NCBI GenBank assembly: GCA_965261085.1 | Contig: OZ253442.1 | Location: 1,312,001 to 1,376,000 of the forward strand | DNA from: a bacterium | GTDB lineage: Bacteria > UBA8248 | Reading direction: 5' to 3' | DNA length: 64,000 nt | In this document: one piece after another, positions 37,612 through 46,501 of the stretch | Layout: every line of letters begins with the position of its first letter | How positions within the stretch are numbered: position 1 is the first letter of the stretch | The notes under the pieces: model-generated | The model's input: the letters and a program-made list of their open reading frames with translations, nothing else | Database searches by the model: none | What the model was told of the DNA's origin: nothing | Program-made: the position numbers and the translations under genes

Positions 37612-38865
37612 CTATTCCCCGATATCGAAGCGGAGCTTCCCGTGCGCTAAGCGCAGAGCGGCTTCCACCTCTTCGGGCTTCTCTCCTTTGGCGAAGATAA
37701 ACCCCAGGTATCTCTCTCCCTCGGGCAGCGGCACGACGCGGCCGCCGATGTGGATGGATATGTCCAGGCTCACGATTCCGGGCACGGCGAGCGCGTCCTC
37801 CTTGCCCTCGACGCGCTTGAGCACCCCCGCTCCGGGTATGGGAATCATCATGACGCCAGAAGCCTTTTCCTCCCGCTCCACCGATGGCGGGGCCACGCCC
37901 AGGGCTTGGGAGAGAATGAGGTGTTCGAGCGAGGCGCCGCCGCCGAACTCGAGCGCGCCCGAGCATTTCCCGCCGATAGAGCGGCTAGCCACGTCGATCA
38001 CCCATATTCGGCCTTCCTCGTTGATTCTCAGTTCCGCGTGGAGTGGACCCTCGCGCAGGCGGATCGCCCGGGCCGCGCGAATGGTTTCTTCGCGGATTCT
38101 GGCTTGGCTTTCATCCGGTAGCCTCGAGGGCGTGACGTAGATGGTTTCCTCGAAAAAAGGACCCTCGAGGGGGTCGGGCTTGTCGAAGATGGCGAGAATG
38201 TGGACTTCCCCCCGCACGACGAGGCCTTCCACCGCCACCTCGACGCCCTCCAGGTAATCCTCCACCAGGATCATCCGCGCCTCCGGGCCGCCCCGGGCGA
38301 TGGTCTCGGGGTCTTCCAGTATCGCGCCGACCCGGCGGTAGGCCTCTGCGAACTCCGCCGGGTCGTTCGCTCGAATCACGCCCCGGCTTGCGGCCAGAAA
38401 GGTGGGCTTGAGCACGCAAGGGTAGCGGAGGCCTGCGGCGATTTTTTCCGGCTCTTCTTGTGCGGAGACCAGGCGAAAGGCGGGTGAGGGCAGGCCTTCT
38501 TCGGACAAGACTTTTCTGAGTTCATATTTGCTTCTCGTCGTGCGGGCGGCCTCCACGGGGTGGTAGGGCAAGCCCAGCGCTTCGGCGGCCATCGCGCCCA
38601 GGATGAGCGTGTCGTCATCCACCGGGGCGACCGCGTCGATGGGAAACTCTTTCGTGAACGCCTGTATGTGGGAGGCGCCCGCTTCGGGTTCGTTGTAATC
38701 GAGCGTGATGGAGCCGCCCGGGTTCAACTCGGCCAACAGGTCGGGCCTGTCGGTTCCCACCGTCAGGCGCAGTCCCATCTCCTGCGCCGCCGCCATATAG
38801 GCGGATGCCCGGTAGGTGGCCGTCGTCATCAGCAGGAGAACGCGCTCCCCTTCTTCAGGTGGCAT
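37612..38865 (-). CDS. ATP-grasp domain protein (L-amino acid ligase-like)
   Basis: YPCVLKP..LAASRGV, VEDYLEG.EVAVE, HAELR. Confidence 0.85.
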   Translation of the reverse strand: MPPEEGERVLLLMTTATYRASAYMAAAQEMGLRLTVGTDRPDLLAELNPGGSITLDYNEPEAGASHIQAFTKEFPIDAVAPVDDDTLILGAMAAEALGLPYHPVEAARTTRSKYELRKVLSEEGLPSPAFRLVSAQEEPEKIAAGLRYPCVLKPTFLAASRGVIRANDPAEFAEAYRRVGAILEDPETIARGGPEARMILVEDYLEGVEVAVEGLVVRGEVHILAIFDKPDPLEGPFFEETIYVTPSRLPDESQARIREETIRAARAIRLREGPLHAELRINEEGRIWVIDVASRSIGGKCSGALEFGGGASLEHLILSQALGVAPPSVEREEKASGVMMIPIPGAGVLKRVEGKEDALAVPGIVSLDISIHIGGRVVPLPEGERYLGFIFAKGEKPEEVEAALRLAHGKLRFDIGE

Positions 38866-39634
38866 ACCACCCGCCGTCCACCAGGAGCGATGTGCCGGTG
38901 ACGAGACTGCTCGCCTGTGAGGCCAGAAAGACGGCCGGGCCTACGAGTTCACTCATCTGCCCGAATCGGCCCATGGGCGTTCTGTCGCAGATGGCGTCGT
39001 AGATGAGTTTGTCTTCCTGGAGAGAGGCGGTGAGATCCGTTTCGATGTACGTGGGGCAGATGGCGTTCACCTGGATGTTCTCCTTCGCCCATTCGGAGGC
39101 GAAAACGCGGGTGAGGCCGATGACGCCGCTTTTGGAAGACGTGTAGGGCCCGTAGCACTGTTTGCGCGGGTTTCTGAACACCGACCAGCCCATGAGCGAG
39201 GAGATGTTGATCACCTTGCCGCCGCCCGCCTTTTTCATCTCCTCGCCCGCGCGCCTCGTGATGAAGAAGATGCTCTTTAAGTTCAGATCGAGCACCCTGT
39301 CCCAGTCCGCCTCGGTGATATCCCAAAGAGTTTTCCGCACGTTCGTGCCCGCGTTGTTCACCAGCACGGTGAGGCCGTCCAGCGCGGCGGCGGCTTCGAT
39401 CACCATGCGCTCGGCTGATTCCATATCGGTCACGTCGGTCTGGATGAGCGCGCATTTACGGCCCATGCCCTCGATGGCTTCTTTCGCCTCCTGGGCGGGG
39501 CTTAAGTCGATATCCGCGATGGCGACGTCTGCGCCTGCGGCGGCCAGGCCCTCGGCCAGCGTGCGTCCGATGCCGCGCGCAGCGCCCGTGACGAGCGCCT
39601 TGGCACCGCTCAGGTCGAATAGAGATTGGCTCAT
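38855..39634 (-). CDS. SDR oxidoreductase (KduD/gluconate 5-dehydrogenase-like)
   Basis: TGAARGIG, NNAG, YTSSK, VDGG. Confidence 0.9.
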   Translation of the reverse strand: MSQSLFDLSGAKALVTGAARGIGRTLAEGLAAAGADVAIADIDLSPAQEAKEAIEGMGRKCALIQTDVTDMESAERMVIEAAAALDGLTVLVNNAGTNVRKTLWDITEADWDRVLDLNLKSIFFITRRAGEEMKKAGGGKVINISSLMGWSVFRNPRKQCYGPYTSSKSGVIGLTRVFASEWAKENIQVNAICPTYIETDLTASLQEDKLIYDAICDRTPMGRFGQMSELVGPAVFLASQASSLVTGTSLLVDGGWYAT

Positions 39635-39824
39635 GTGTCGGTTCTCCTCTTCTTGGGGTGTCGGTTTTTCCCGATTCTCTCCGCCGGGGCGTTCCGGGTC
39701 AATGGGGGCCGGCCTTCTCGTTGGCCTTCATAAGAGAGTATGATAATCAATATGGAAATGTTTCTCTCCCCTTTGCGTTCTCGCATGAGAGTGGGTTCCG
39801 GTTCGCTTGGCGCAGGAGTGAACG

Positions 39825-41474
39825 ATGGTGAAAGCCGGGGATAACGGCGCGAAAAAAGAGCGTCCCATCCGCGAGGCTGCCTATAACTCGGGCAAGCCCG
39901 TGCCCGTGGTGTACGGGCCGGACGCGCCGGATGAGGCGTACCGCGATAAACTCGGCGCGCCTGGGGAATACCCCTACACGCGGGGCATCTACCCCACGAT
40001 GTACCGGGGTTCGCTCTGGACGATGCGCCAGTACGCGGGTTTTTCCACCTCGGCGGACACCAACGCGCGGTTTCATTTTCTGCTCGGAAACGGCCAGACG
40101 GGCCTCTCGATGGCTTATGATCTGCCCACCCAGCTTGGGCTCGACTCGGACGATGAGACGGCGCAGGACGACGTGGGACGCCTGGGCGTCGCCGTGGATA
40201 CCGTCGAGGACATGGCCGGTATTTTCGAGGGAATACCGCTGGAGCGGGTGAGCGTCTCGCACACCATCAACTCCACCGCCGCCATCATCCAGGCGTTCTG
40301 GCTCATCGCCGCCGAGCGCCAGGGAGTCGCGCTGGAGAAGCTGCGCGGCACGTTCCAGAACGACATGCTCAAGGAATACATCGGCCGGGGCACATGGATT
40401 TTCCCGCCCCGGCCCTCCATGCGTCTTGTGGCGGACATCATCGAGTACAACGCGAAGCACTGCCCGCGCGTGAACGCCATCAGCGTTTCCGCCACTCACA
40501 TCGCCGAGACCGGCGCCACCCTCGCGCAGGACGTCGCCTTTCCCATCCTGAACGCCCTGGCCTACATACGCGAACTCACCGGACGCGGCCTCCACGTGGA
40601 TGATTTCGTGCCCACCATGTCGTTTCACCTCTCCATCGGCGGAGGCGTAGGGCCCTTCAATCTGCTCGAATCCATCGGCAAGCTGCGTGCGGCGCGGCGC
40701 ATCTGGGCGCGCACGATGAAGGAGAAATACGGCGCGAAAAACCCGAAAACCATCCAGCTTAAGTTCTCGACCGGCAATTGCGGCAGTCGCATGGCGGCGC
40801 GCGAGCCGCTCAACAACATCGTGCGCCAGACGCTCTTCACCCTGGCCGCCGTGCTGGGCGGCACGCGCTCGGTCAATATGGCGTGCTTCGATGAGGCCTT
40901 TGAGATTCCCTCAGACGAGTCCATTCGCACGGCGCTCCGGATTCAGCAGGTGATAGCCCATGAGAGCGGCGTGGCCGACACCGTGGACCCGCTAGCGGGC
41001 AGCTTTGCGCTGGAAGCCGTGACCGATCAGGTGGAAGAGGAGATTCAGGCAATCGTGGATGATTACGAATCGCGCGGGGGAATCGTTCCCTTCATCGAGA
41101 GCGGCGAGATCCAGAGGCTGCTGGCGCGCCAGGCCTATGAGCATCAGCAGAAGATTGCGGCAGGCGAGCAGGTGTGGGTGGGCGTGAACAAGTTCACCTC
41201 AGAAGAGGAAGACCGCATGAGCGCGGGCGAGGGCCTCTACGAGATGGACGATTCGACCCTCGAGAAACAAAAGGCGCGGCTTGCGGAGGTGAAGGCCGCC
41301 CGCGATGCGGGAGAGGTGGCCGCGCAACTAGAACAACTGCAAAGAACGTGTGAGTCGAAAGAGAATCTGGTGCCTTGTTTAATGGAGGCAGCCCGCGCGC
41401 GCCTTACCGTGGGGGAGATGACGGAGGTGATGCGCGGTGTGTTCGGAAGCTATATGGAGCCTTCGGTGGTTTGA
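39825..41474 (+). CDS. B12-dependent acyl-CoA mutase, substrate-binding large subunit (methylmalonyl-CoA mutase family, divergent)
   Basis: GEYPYTRG, RQYAGF, DLPTQLGLDSD, QNDMLKEY, VDPLAGS, VGVNKF. Confidence 0.92.
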   Translation: MVKAGDNGAKKERPIREAAYNSGKPVPVVYGPDAPDEAYRDKLGAPGEYPYTRGIYPTMYRGSLWTMRQYAGFSTSADTNARFHFLLGNGQTGLSMAYDLPTQLGLDSDDETAQDDVGRLGVAVDTVEDMAGIFEGIPLERVSVSHTINSTAAIIQAFWLIAAERQGVALEKLRGTFQNDMLKEYIGRGTWIFPPRPSMRLVADIIEYNAKHCPRVNAISVSATHIAETGATLAQDVAFPILNALAYIRELTGRGLHVDDFVPTMSFHLSIGGGVGPFNLLESIGKLRAARRIWARTMKEKYGAKNPKTIQLKFSTGNCGSRMAAREPLNNIVRQTLFTLAAVLGGTRSVNMACFDEAFEIPSDESIRTALRIQQVIAHESGVADTVDPLAGSFALEAVTDQVEEEIQAIVDDYESRGGIVPFIESGEIQRLLARQAYEHQQKIAAGEQVWVGVNKFTSEEEDRMSAGEGLYEMDDSTLEKQKARLAEVKAARDAGEVAAQLEQLQRTCESKENLVPCLMEAARARLTVGEMTEVMRGVFGSYMEPSVV

Positions 41475-41887
41475 TGGCGAGAACTGAGAAGCGCATACGG
41501 GTGCTGATGGCGAAGCCGGGCCTCGATGGCCATGATCGGGGTGTGAAGGTAATCATCCACGCGCTCAGGGACGCCGGCATGGAGGTGATCTACTCGGGTC
41601 TGCGGCAGACGGATGCGCAGATAGTCGCCGTCGCGCTTCAGGAGAACGTGGACGTCATCGGCCTGAGCGTGCTCTCGGGCGCCTATATGGGGATTGCGCG
41701 CAGGCTCATGGCCAGATTGGCCGAAGAGGGCCTCGATGATTGCCTCGTCATCTTAGGCGGGAACATTCTCGAGCGTGACGTGGCGGAGCTCAAATCCTTA
41801 GGCGTCGCCGAAGTCTTCAACCACCATGCGGACATGGCCGAAATCGTCTCGTACATCAGGAATAATGTAGTAGCCGGCGCGGCCTAG
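41474..41887 (+). CDS. Acyl-CoA mutase cobalamin-binding small subunit
   Basis: KPGLDGHDRG (DxHxxG), GLSVLSGA, LGG; TGATG coupling with the large subunit. Confidence 0.92.
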   Translation: MARTEKRIRVLMAKPGLDGHDRGVKVIIHALRDAGMEVIYSGLRQTDAQIVAVALQENVDVIGLSVLSGAYMGIARRLMARLAEEGLDDCLVILGGNILERDVAELKSLGVAEVFNHHADMAEIVSYIRNNVVAGAA

Positions 41888-41903
41888 CGGCGGCGTATCT
41901 TTC

Positions 41904-43112
41904 GTGGGGGAATCAGTTTTGGAAAAGCCGCTGGAGGGCGTGCGCATACTCGATCTTTCCGCCCTGCTCGCAGGCCCGTACGGCAGCATGGTGCTGGCCG
42001 ATTTGGGTGCGGACGTCATCAAGATAGAAGTGCCGGGCCGGGGCGACCTCGTCCGCACGATGCCGCCGCACTACGTGGGGGAGACGAGCGCCTACTTCAT
42101 CGCCCTGAACAGGAACAAGCGGGGCATTTTTCTGAACTTAAAAGACGAGGAGGGCTACCGCGTCTTTTGTGAGATGGTGAAAAGCTCCGACGTCGTTTAT
42201 GACAATTACCGCCCCGGCGTACTGGAACGCCTGGGCGCGGACTATAAAACACTCAAAAAGGTGAATCCCCGAATCATCAGCGCCTCCGTCACGGGCTATG
42301 GACTCACGGGGCCTCAAAAGGACAAGCCCGCTCTCGACCTCATCATTCAGGGGCGCGGCGGCATCATGAGCTTCACCGGCGAGCCGGGCAGGCCGCCCGT
42401 GCGCCTGGGCGTGCCGATGGGGGACATGGGCGGGGGTCTGTTCGCCGCACACGGGATTCTGGCGGCCCTTTACAAGCGCGAGAAGACGGGCGTCGGCCAG
42501 AAGGTGGACGTCTCGCTCCTCGACAGCCAGCTCTATCTCGCAAGCTACCGTTCGCAATACTATCTGACGGCGGGCGACGTGGCCAAGCCGATGGGCACGG
42601 GCCACGCATCCGCCGTTCCCATCGGCGCGTATCAGTGTGGCGACGGGAAGTGGCTTGTGCTCGATGCGATTCTGGATCATTTCTTCCAGGGTCTTTGCGA
42701 CGCGCTGGGTCATCCCGAATGGAAGGACGACCCCAGGATGAAGGATCGCCCCACCCGCCTCGAGAATCGCGAATACGTGGATGCGAAACTCTCGGAAGTC
42801 TACAAGACGAACACGGCGGCGTACTGGATAGAGAAAATCGAGGCGCACGGCGTTCCCTGCGGGCCGATTCAGAGCATCGACGAGGCGCTCAACGATCCCC
42901 AAACGCGCGCCCGAGAGATGGTGGTGGAGATGACCCACCCCGAACTCGGCAAGATGCAGACGTTCAACACGCCCGTCAAGATGGAGGGTACGTGGGGGGC
43001 CACCCCTTCGCCGCCTCCCCTGATGGGCGAGCACACCGAAGAAGTGCTCAAGGAAGTGCTTGGTCTGGGCGATGAGGAAATCGAGCGGTTAAAAGAGCGC
43101 AAGGCGATATAA
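41904..43112 (+). CDS. Class III CoA transferase (CaiB/BaiF)
   Basis: LAGPYG...LADLGADVIKIE, NRNKR, NYRPG, catalytic Asp in PMGD, P.MGEHT. Confidence 0.93.
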   Translation: MGESVLEKPLEGVRILDLSALLAGPYGSMVLADLGADVIKIEVPGRGDLVRTMPPHYVGETSAYFIALNRNKRGIFLNLKDEEGYRVFCEMVKSSDVVYDNYRPGVLERLGADYKTLKKVNPRIISASVTGYGLTGPQKDKPALDLIIQGRGGIMSFTGEPGRPPVRLGVPMGDMGGGLFAAHGILAALYKREKTGVGQKVDVSLLDSQLYLASYRSQYYLTAGDVAKPMGTGHASAVPIGAYQCGDGKWLVLDAILDHFFQGLCDALGHPEWKDDPRMKDRPTRLENREYVDAKLSEVYKTNTAAYWIEKIEAHGVPCGPIQSIDEALNDPQTRAREMVVEMTHPELGKMQTFNTPVKMEGTWGATPSPPPLMGEHTEEVLKEVLGLGDEEIERLKERKAI

Positions 43113-43121
43113 GAGGCCGTC

Positions 43122-43910
43122 ATGTTTCATGACAAAAAGGCTTTCGTGTTCGACCTGGAAGGAGTTTTTTTCGCCGGAGACGAGGTGATGTCCGGCGGGG
43201 TGGAGTTGATGCGCGCCATCAAGCGGAGAAACCTCCCCCATCGCTTCATCACGAACATCAGCCGCAGCACGGCTGCGGAGATTCGCGCCCACATGGCGGG
43301 GATCGGCCTCGACCCGGGGGAGAACCTCATCGTGGCCGCGCTGGATCGGGTTGGTTCGTTTCTGAGGAAGAACTTTGGATCTGGCCGGGCGTACGTGCTG
43401 GGGACGGATTCGCTCAAGGGAGCGGTCGCATCGGGTGGTTTCGAGATAGTGGGCCTGGAGGAGGAAGATGCGGCCGACGTCGTCCTCGTTGGTCTAGACG
43501 AGGCTCTCACCTACCGGACGTTGAGCGCAGCCGCCCGGGCGGTCAGCCGGGGGGCGCACTTCGTCGCCATGAACCCCGACGTGCGCCTGCCGAGTGAGGA
43601 TGGTTCGTTCTCCCTCGGCGGGGGCGCAATCATGGCTTCGGTGCAGGCGGCGGCGGGCAGGGAGCCGGTTTTTTTTGGAAAGCCCGAGCCTTTTCTCTTT
43701 GAAGAAGCGCTTCATGAGTTGGGCGTGGAGGCGCGCCACGTCGTCATGGTGGGAGACAACCTAAGGACGGACATCGCGGGCGGCCAGAAAGTGGGCATGG
43801 CCACCGTGTGGGTGAACCGCTGGGGCGTGATAGCCGGGGACCCGGACGTGACGGCGGACCTGGAAGTGAAGACGCTTGATGAACTGATGCCGCATCTGCC
43901 GGGCGGTTGA
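43122..43910 (+). CDS. HAD-IIA family hydrolase (NagD-like)
   Basis: FDLEGV, ITN, NPD, GKP, GDNLRTDI. Confidence 0.88.
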   Translation: MFHDKKAFVFDLEGVFFAGDEVMSGGVELMRAIKRRNLPHRFITNISRSTAAEIRAHMAGIGLDPGENLIVAALDRVGSFLRKNFGSGRAYVLGTDSLKGAVASGGFEIVGLEEEDAADVVLVGLDEALTYRTLSAAARAVSRGAHFVAMNPDVRLPSEDGSFSLGGGAIMASVQAAAGREPVFFGKPEPFLFEEALHELGVEARHVVMVGDNLRTDIAGGQKVGMATVWVNRWGVIAGDPDVTADLEVKTLDELMPHLPGG

Positions 43911-43932
43911 GTCTCCGAAAAGAGAGGACGAT

Positions 43933-44688
43933 ATGGCGCTGGTCGAATATGAGGTGAGAGACAAGCTGGCCTGTATCACGCTGAACAGGCCGGAGAAGAT
44001 GAACGCGATCAATCACGAGATGAGCGAGCGCATCTTTTCGCTCTTCGACGAGATGGAACGCGACCCCGGCGTTTGGGGCTGTCTGATCACAGGCGAGGGA
44101 AAAGCGTTCTCGAGCGGGCATGACCTCACCGAGCCGCCGCCCGAGGATAGGGAGATCAAACCCGTCTCCGACCTCTATCAGGTCATCATGGAACTCTACA
44201 AGCCATGCTTTGCGGCGATCAACGGGTTTTGTCTGGCGGGAGGAGCGGGCATCGCGCTCTCCTGCGACGTGCGCGTCATGGCTGAAGATACGCAGCTCGG
44301 CTGGCCCCAGGTCGTGCGCGGCATCTCCTCCGTCAGCGGGCCGATTCTCCTGGCGAAGCTGCTGCCCTTCAACCTCGCGCACTACCATCTGTTCACCGGC
44401 GAGCCCATCAACGCGGAGACCGCGCTCAGGCTCGGCCTTGTGAACAAGTTGGCGCCAAAGGAAAACGTGTTGGAGGAGACGGAGAAGATCGCGCGTCAGG
44501 TACTGGCGAACGCGCCCCTGGCGGTGCGCGCCATCAAGGAGATTACCGTCCGCGCGCGCGACATGACGATGGAGGACGCCCTTCGCTTCGGCGACGTGAT
44601 CTTAAAGCGCCTACTTGAGACTGAAGATGCCGAGGAGGGCGTGCGCGCCTTCAAGGAGAAAAGAACGCCGCATTTTAAGGGGAAATAA
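43933..44688 (+). CDS. Crotonase-fold protein lacking both canonical catalytic glutamates
   Basis: LNRPEKMNA, FSSGHDL, AAINGFCLAGGAGIALSCD, GWPQV. Confidence 0.88.
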   Translation: MALVEYEVRDKLACITLNRPEKMNAINHEMSERIFSLFDEMERDPGVWGCLITGEGKAFSSGHDLTEPPPEDREIKPVSDLYQVIMELYKPCFAAINGFCLAGGAGIALSCDVRVMAEDTQLGWPQVVRGISSVSGPILLAKLLPFNLAHYHLFTGEPINAETALRLGLVNKLAPKENVLEETEKIARQVLANAPLAVRAIKEITVRARDMTMEDALRFGDVILKRLLETEDAEEGVRAFKEKRTPHFKGK

Positions 44689-44737
44689 AGATTATTCTAA
44701 TCCTTTGCTCCATCCTTCTAGCTGAAAGGAGGCGGCG

Positions 44738-45898
44738 GTGAGATTTGACCTCACGGACTCTCAACGAGAAATCCAGCAAAAAGCCCGCGAAATCGCCACG
44801 AACCTGATAGCGCCCAAGGCGGCGTTCTGGGACCAGACCGAGGAATATCCCTGGGAAAACGCCAAGATTCTGGCGGATGCCGGCTTCATGGGAATGAACG
44901 TCCCCAAGGAATTCGGCGGACCCGAGCGTCCGCTGATAGAGGCCGTCCTGGTGGTCGAGGAGATGGCCAAGGTCTGCGGCATCACGGGGCGCATCGTGGT
45001 GGACAGCAACATGGGCGTGGTGGGAGCAATCATCAAGTACGGGACCGAGGAGCAGAAGAAAAAGTATCTGCCGATGGTGCTCGCAGGGGACAAGCCCGCC
45101 ATCGTCATCACAGAGCCCGAGGCGGGAAGCGCCGCCACCGACATGACGACGAGGGCCGTGCTCGACGGCGATGAGTACATCCTGAACGGCAAGAAGAAGT
45201 GGATTACCGGCGCTGGCGTCTCCCGCATCAATCTCGTGTTCGCCCGCGTGGTGCACGGGGGGGATGAACAGGGAATCGGCGCCCTGATCGTGGAGTTGGG
45301 CGCGGAGGGCTTCCGTATAGGGGATCGCGCCTTCATGATGGGCTTGAGGGGAATCCCCGAGAGTGAGGAGATCTTTGAGAATTGCCGTGTGCCTCAGAAA
45401 AACTTGGTGACGGTGGGATTCGGGCGCCTGATGGCCGCTTATAACGCACAGCGGGTGGGAGCCGGCACGGTGGCTTTGGGGATTGCCGAGGGCGCCTTCG
45501 CCCAGGCGGTGGAATACGCCAAAAAGCGCCACCAGTTCGGCCGCCCGATATCGGAATTCCAGGGGCTTCAGTGGATTCTGGCGGATGCGCGCATTCAACT
45601 CGACGCCGCGCGGCTCCTGCTCCACCGGGCGGCGGTGCAGGAAGACCCCAAAACGGGATTTCCCGACATGCGCCTGGCCGCCATAGCCAAGACGTTTTCG
45701 GCTGAAGCCTCGATCAAGGTGACGAACGACGCGCTCCAGATTTTTGGGGCGGCGGGCTATTCACGCGATTTGCCGATTGAGCGCATGGCGCGTGACGTGC
45801 GTATGTTCACCATCGGCGGCGGCACCACCCAGGCGCAGAGGAACGTGATTGCGTCTGGCATTTTCGGGAGAAAATTCTCTCAGCGCAGGGGAGAGTGA
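44738..45898 (+). CDS. acdA: Acyl-CoA dehydrogenase fold, 3-sulfinopropionyl-CoA desulfinase (AcdA)-like
   Basis: EYPWEN, GRIVVDSNMG, LAGDKPAI, WITGAGVS, MGLRGIPE, LMAAYNAQRVGAG, RMFTIGGGT (no catalytic Glu); these match recalled Advenella/Variovorax desulfinase motifs. Confidence 0.75.
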   Translation: MRFDLTDSQREIQQKAREIATNLIAPKAAFWDQTEEYPWENAKILADAGFMGMNVPKEFGGPERPLIEAVLVVEEMAKVCGITGRIVVDSNMGVVGAIIKYGTEEQKKKYLPMVLAGDKPAIVITEPEAGSAATDMTTRAVLDGDEYILNGKKKWITGAGVSRINLVFARVVHGGDEQGIGALIVELGAEGFRIGDRAFMMGLRGIPESEEIFENCRVPQKNLVTVGFGRLMAAYNAQRVGAGTVALGIAEGAFAQAVEYAKKRHQFGRPISEFQGLQWILADARIQLDAARLLLHRAAVQEDPKTGFPDMRLAAIAKTFSAEASIKVTNDALQIFGAAGYSRDLPIERMARDVRMFTIGGGTTQAQRNVIASGIFGRKFSQRRGE

Positions 45899-46015
45899 AA
45901 AAACCCCGTTCAAAGGGTGGGCGTCTCACGAAGGCGGCCCGCGTCCGCTTGGCTTATTGGGGCTGGAATGTCCCCGGAGAGAGCAGATAAACCCTGGCCG
46001 TATTGCAAAGGAACC

Positions 46016-46360
46016 ATGATGGCTATCTTTACGCTGCAGGAAGCCCGTGCCCTGCTGCCGCAGGTCAAGGAAGTGACGCAGCATTACTTCGATGTCGTTG
46101 AGGAGATGCGCGAACAGCTGGAAACCCTTGATGAGTCGCGCGATGTCAAGCGCCTCGAAGGATTCATGAATGACGCTGTTGGCGAGTGGGTGAAGGCCGT
46201 CAGAAACCTCGGGGTGGAAGTCAAAGGCTTATGGCTGGCGGATTTCGATTCGGGAGACGGCTATTACTACTGCTGGAAACTCGGCGAGGTCGACATCGAA
46301 CATTTTCACCGCTACGAAACGGGGTTCGCCGGTCGCCGTCCCATTTCGTTGCTCGAGTAA
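46016..46360 (+). CDS. DUF2203 family protein
   Basis: FTLQEARALLP, GVEVKGLWLADF, YCWKLGE, H....GFAGRRPI. Confidence 0.85.
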   Translation: MMAIFTLQEARALLPQVKEVTQHYFDVVEEMREQLETLDESRDVKRLEGFMNDAVGEWVKAVRNLGVEVKGLWLADFDSGDGYYYCWKLGEVDIEHFHRYETGFAGRRPISLLE

Positions 46361-46501
46361 GACTCACGGCACCGTTCCGGTAATCATTCATCCAGGGTTC
46401 ATTTACCAATATCCATATTACCGCTACTCGCACACCTGGAAATTTCTTACGGACGAAGCATGCCCCAATCAGTGCGCGCCGTGCGGAGGAGGAGATGCGC
46501 C

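Noticed and set aside
39635-39824. Cobalamin riboswitch upstream of the mutase
   Set aside because: No B12-box or GCCACTG consensus seen
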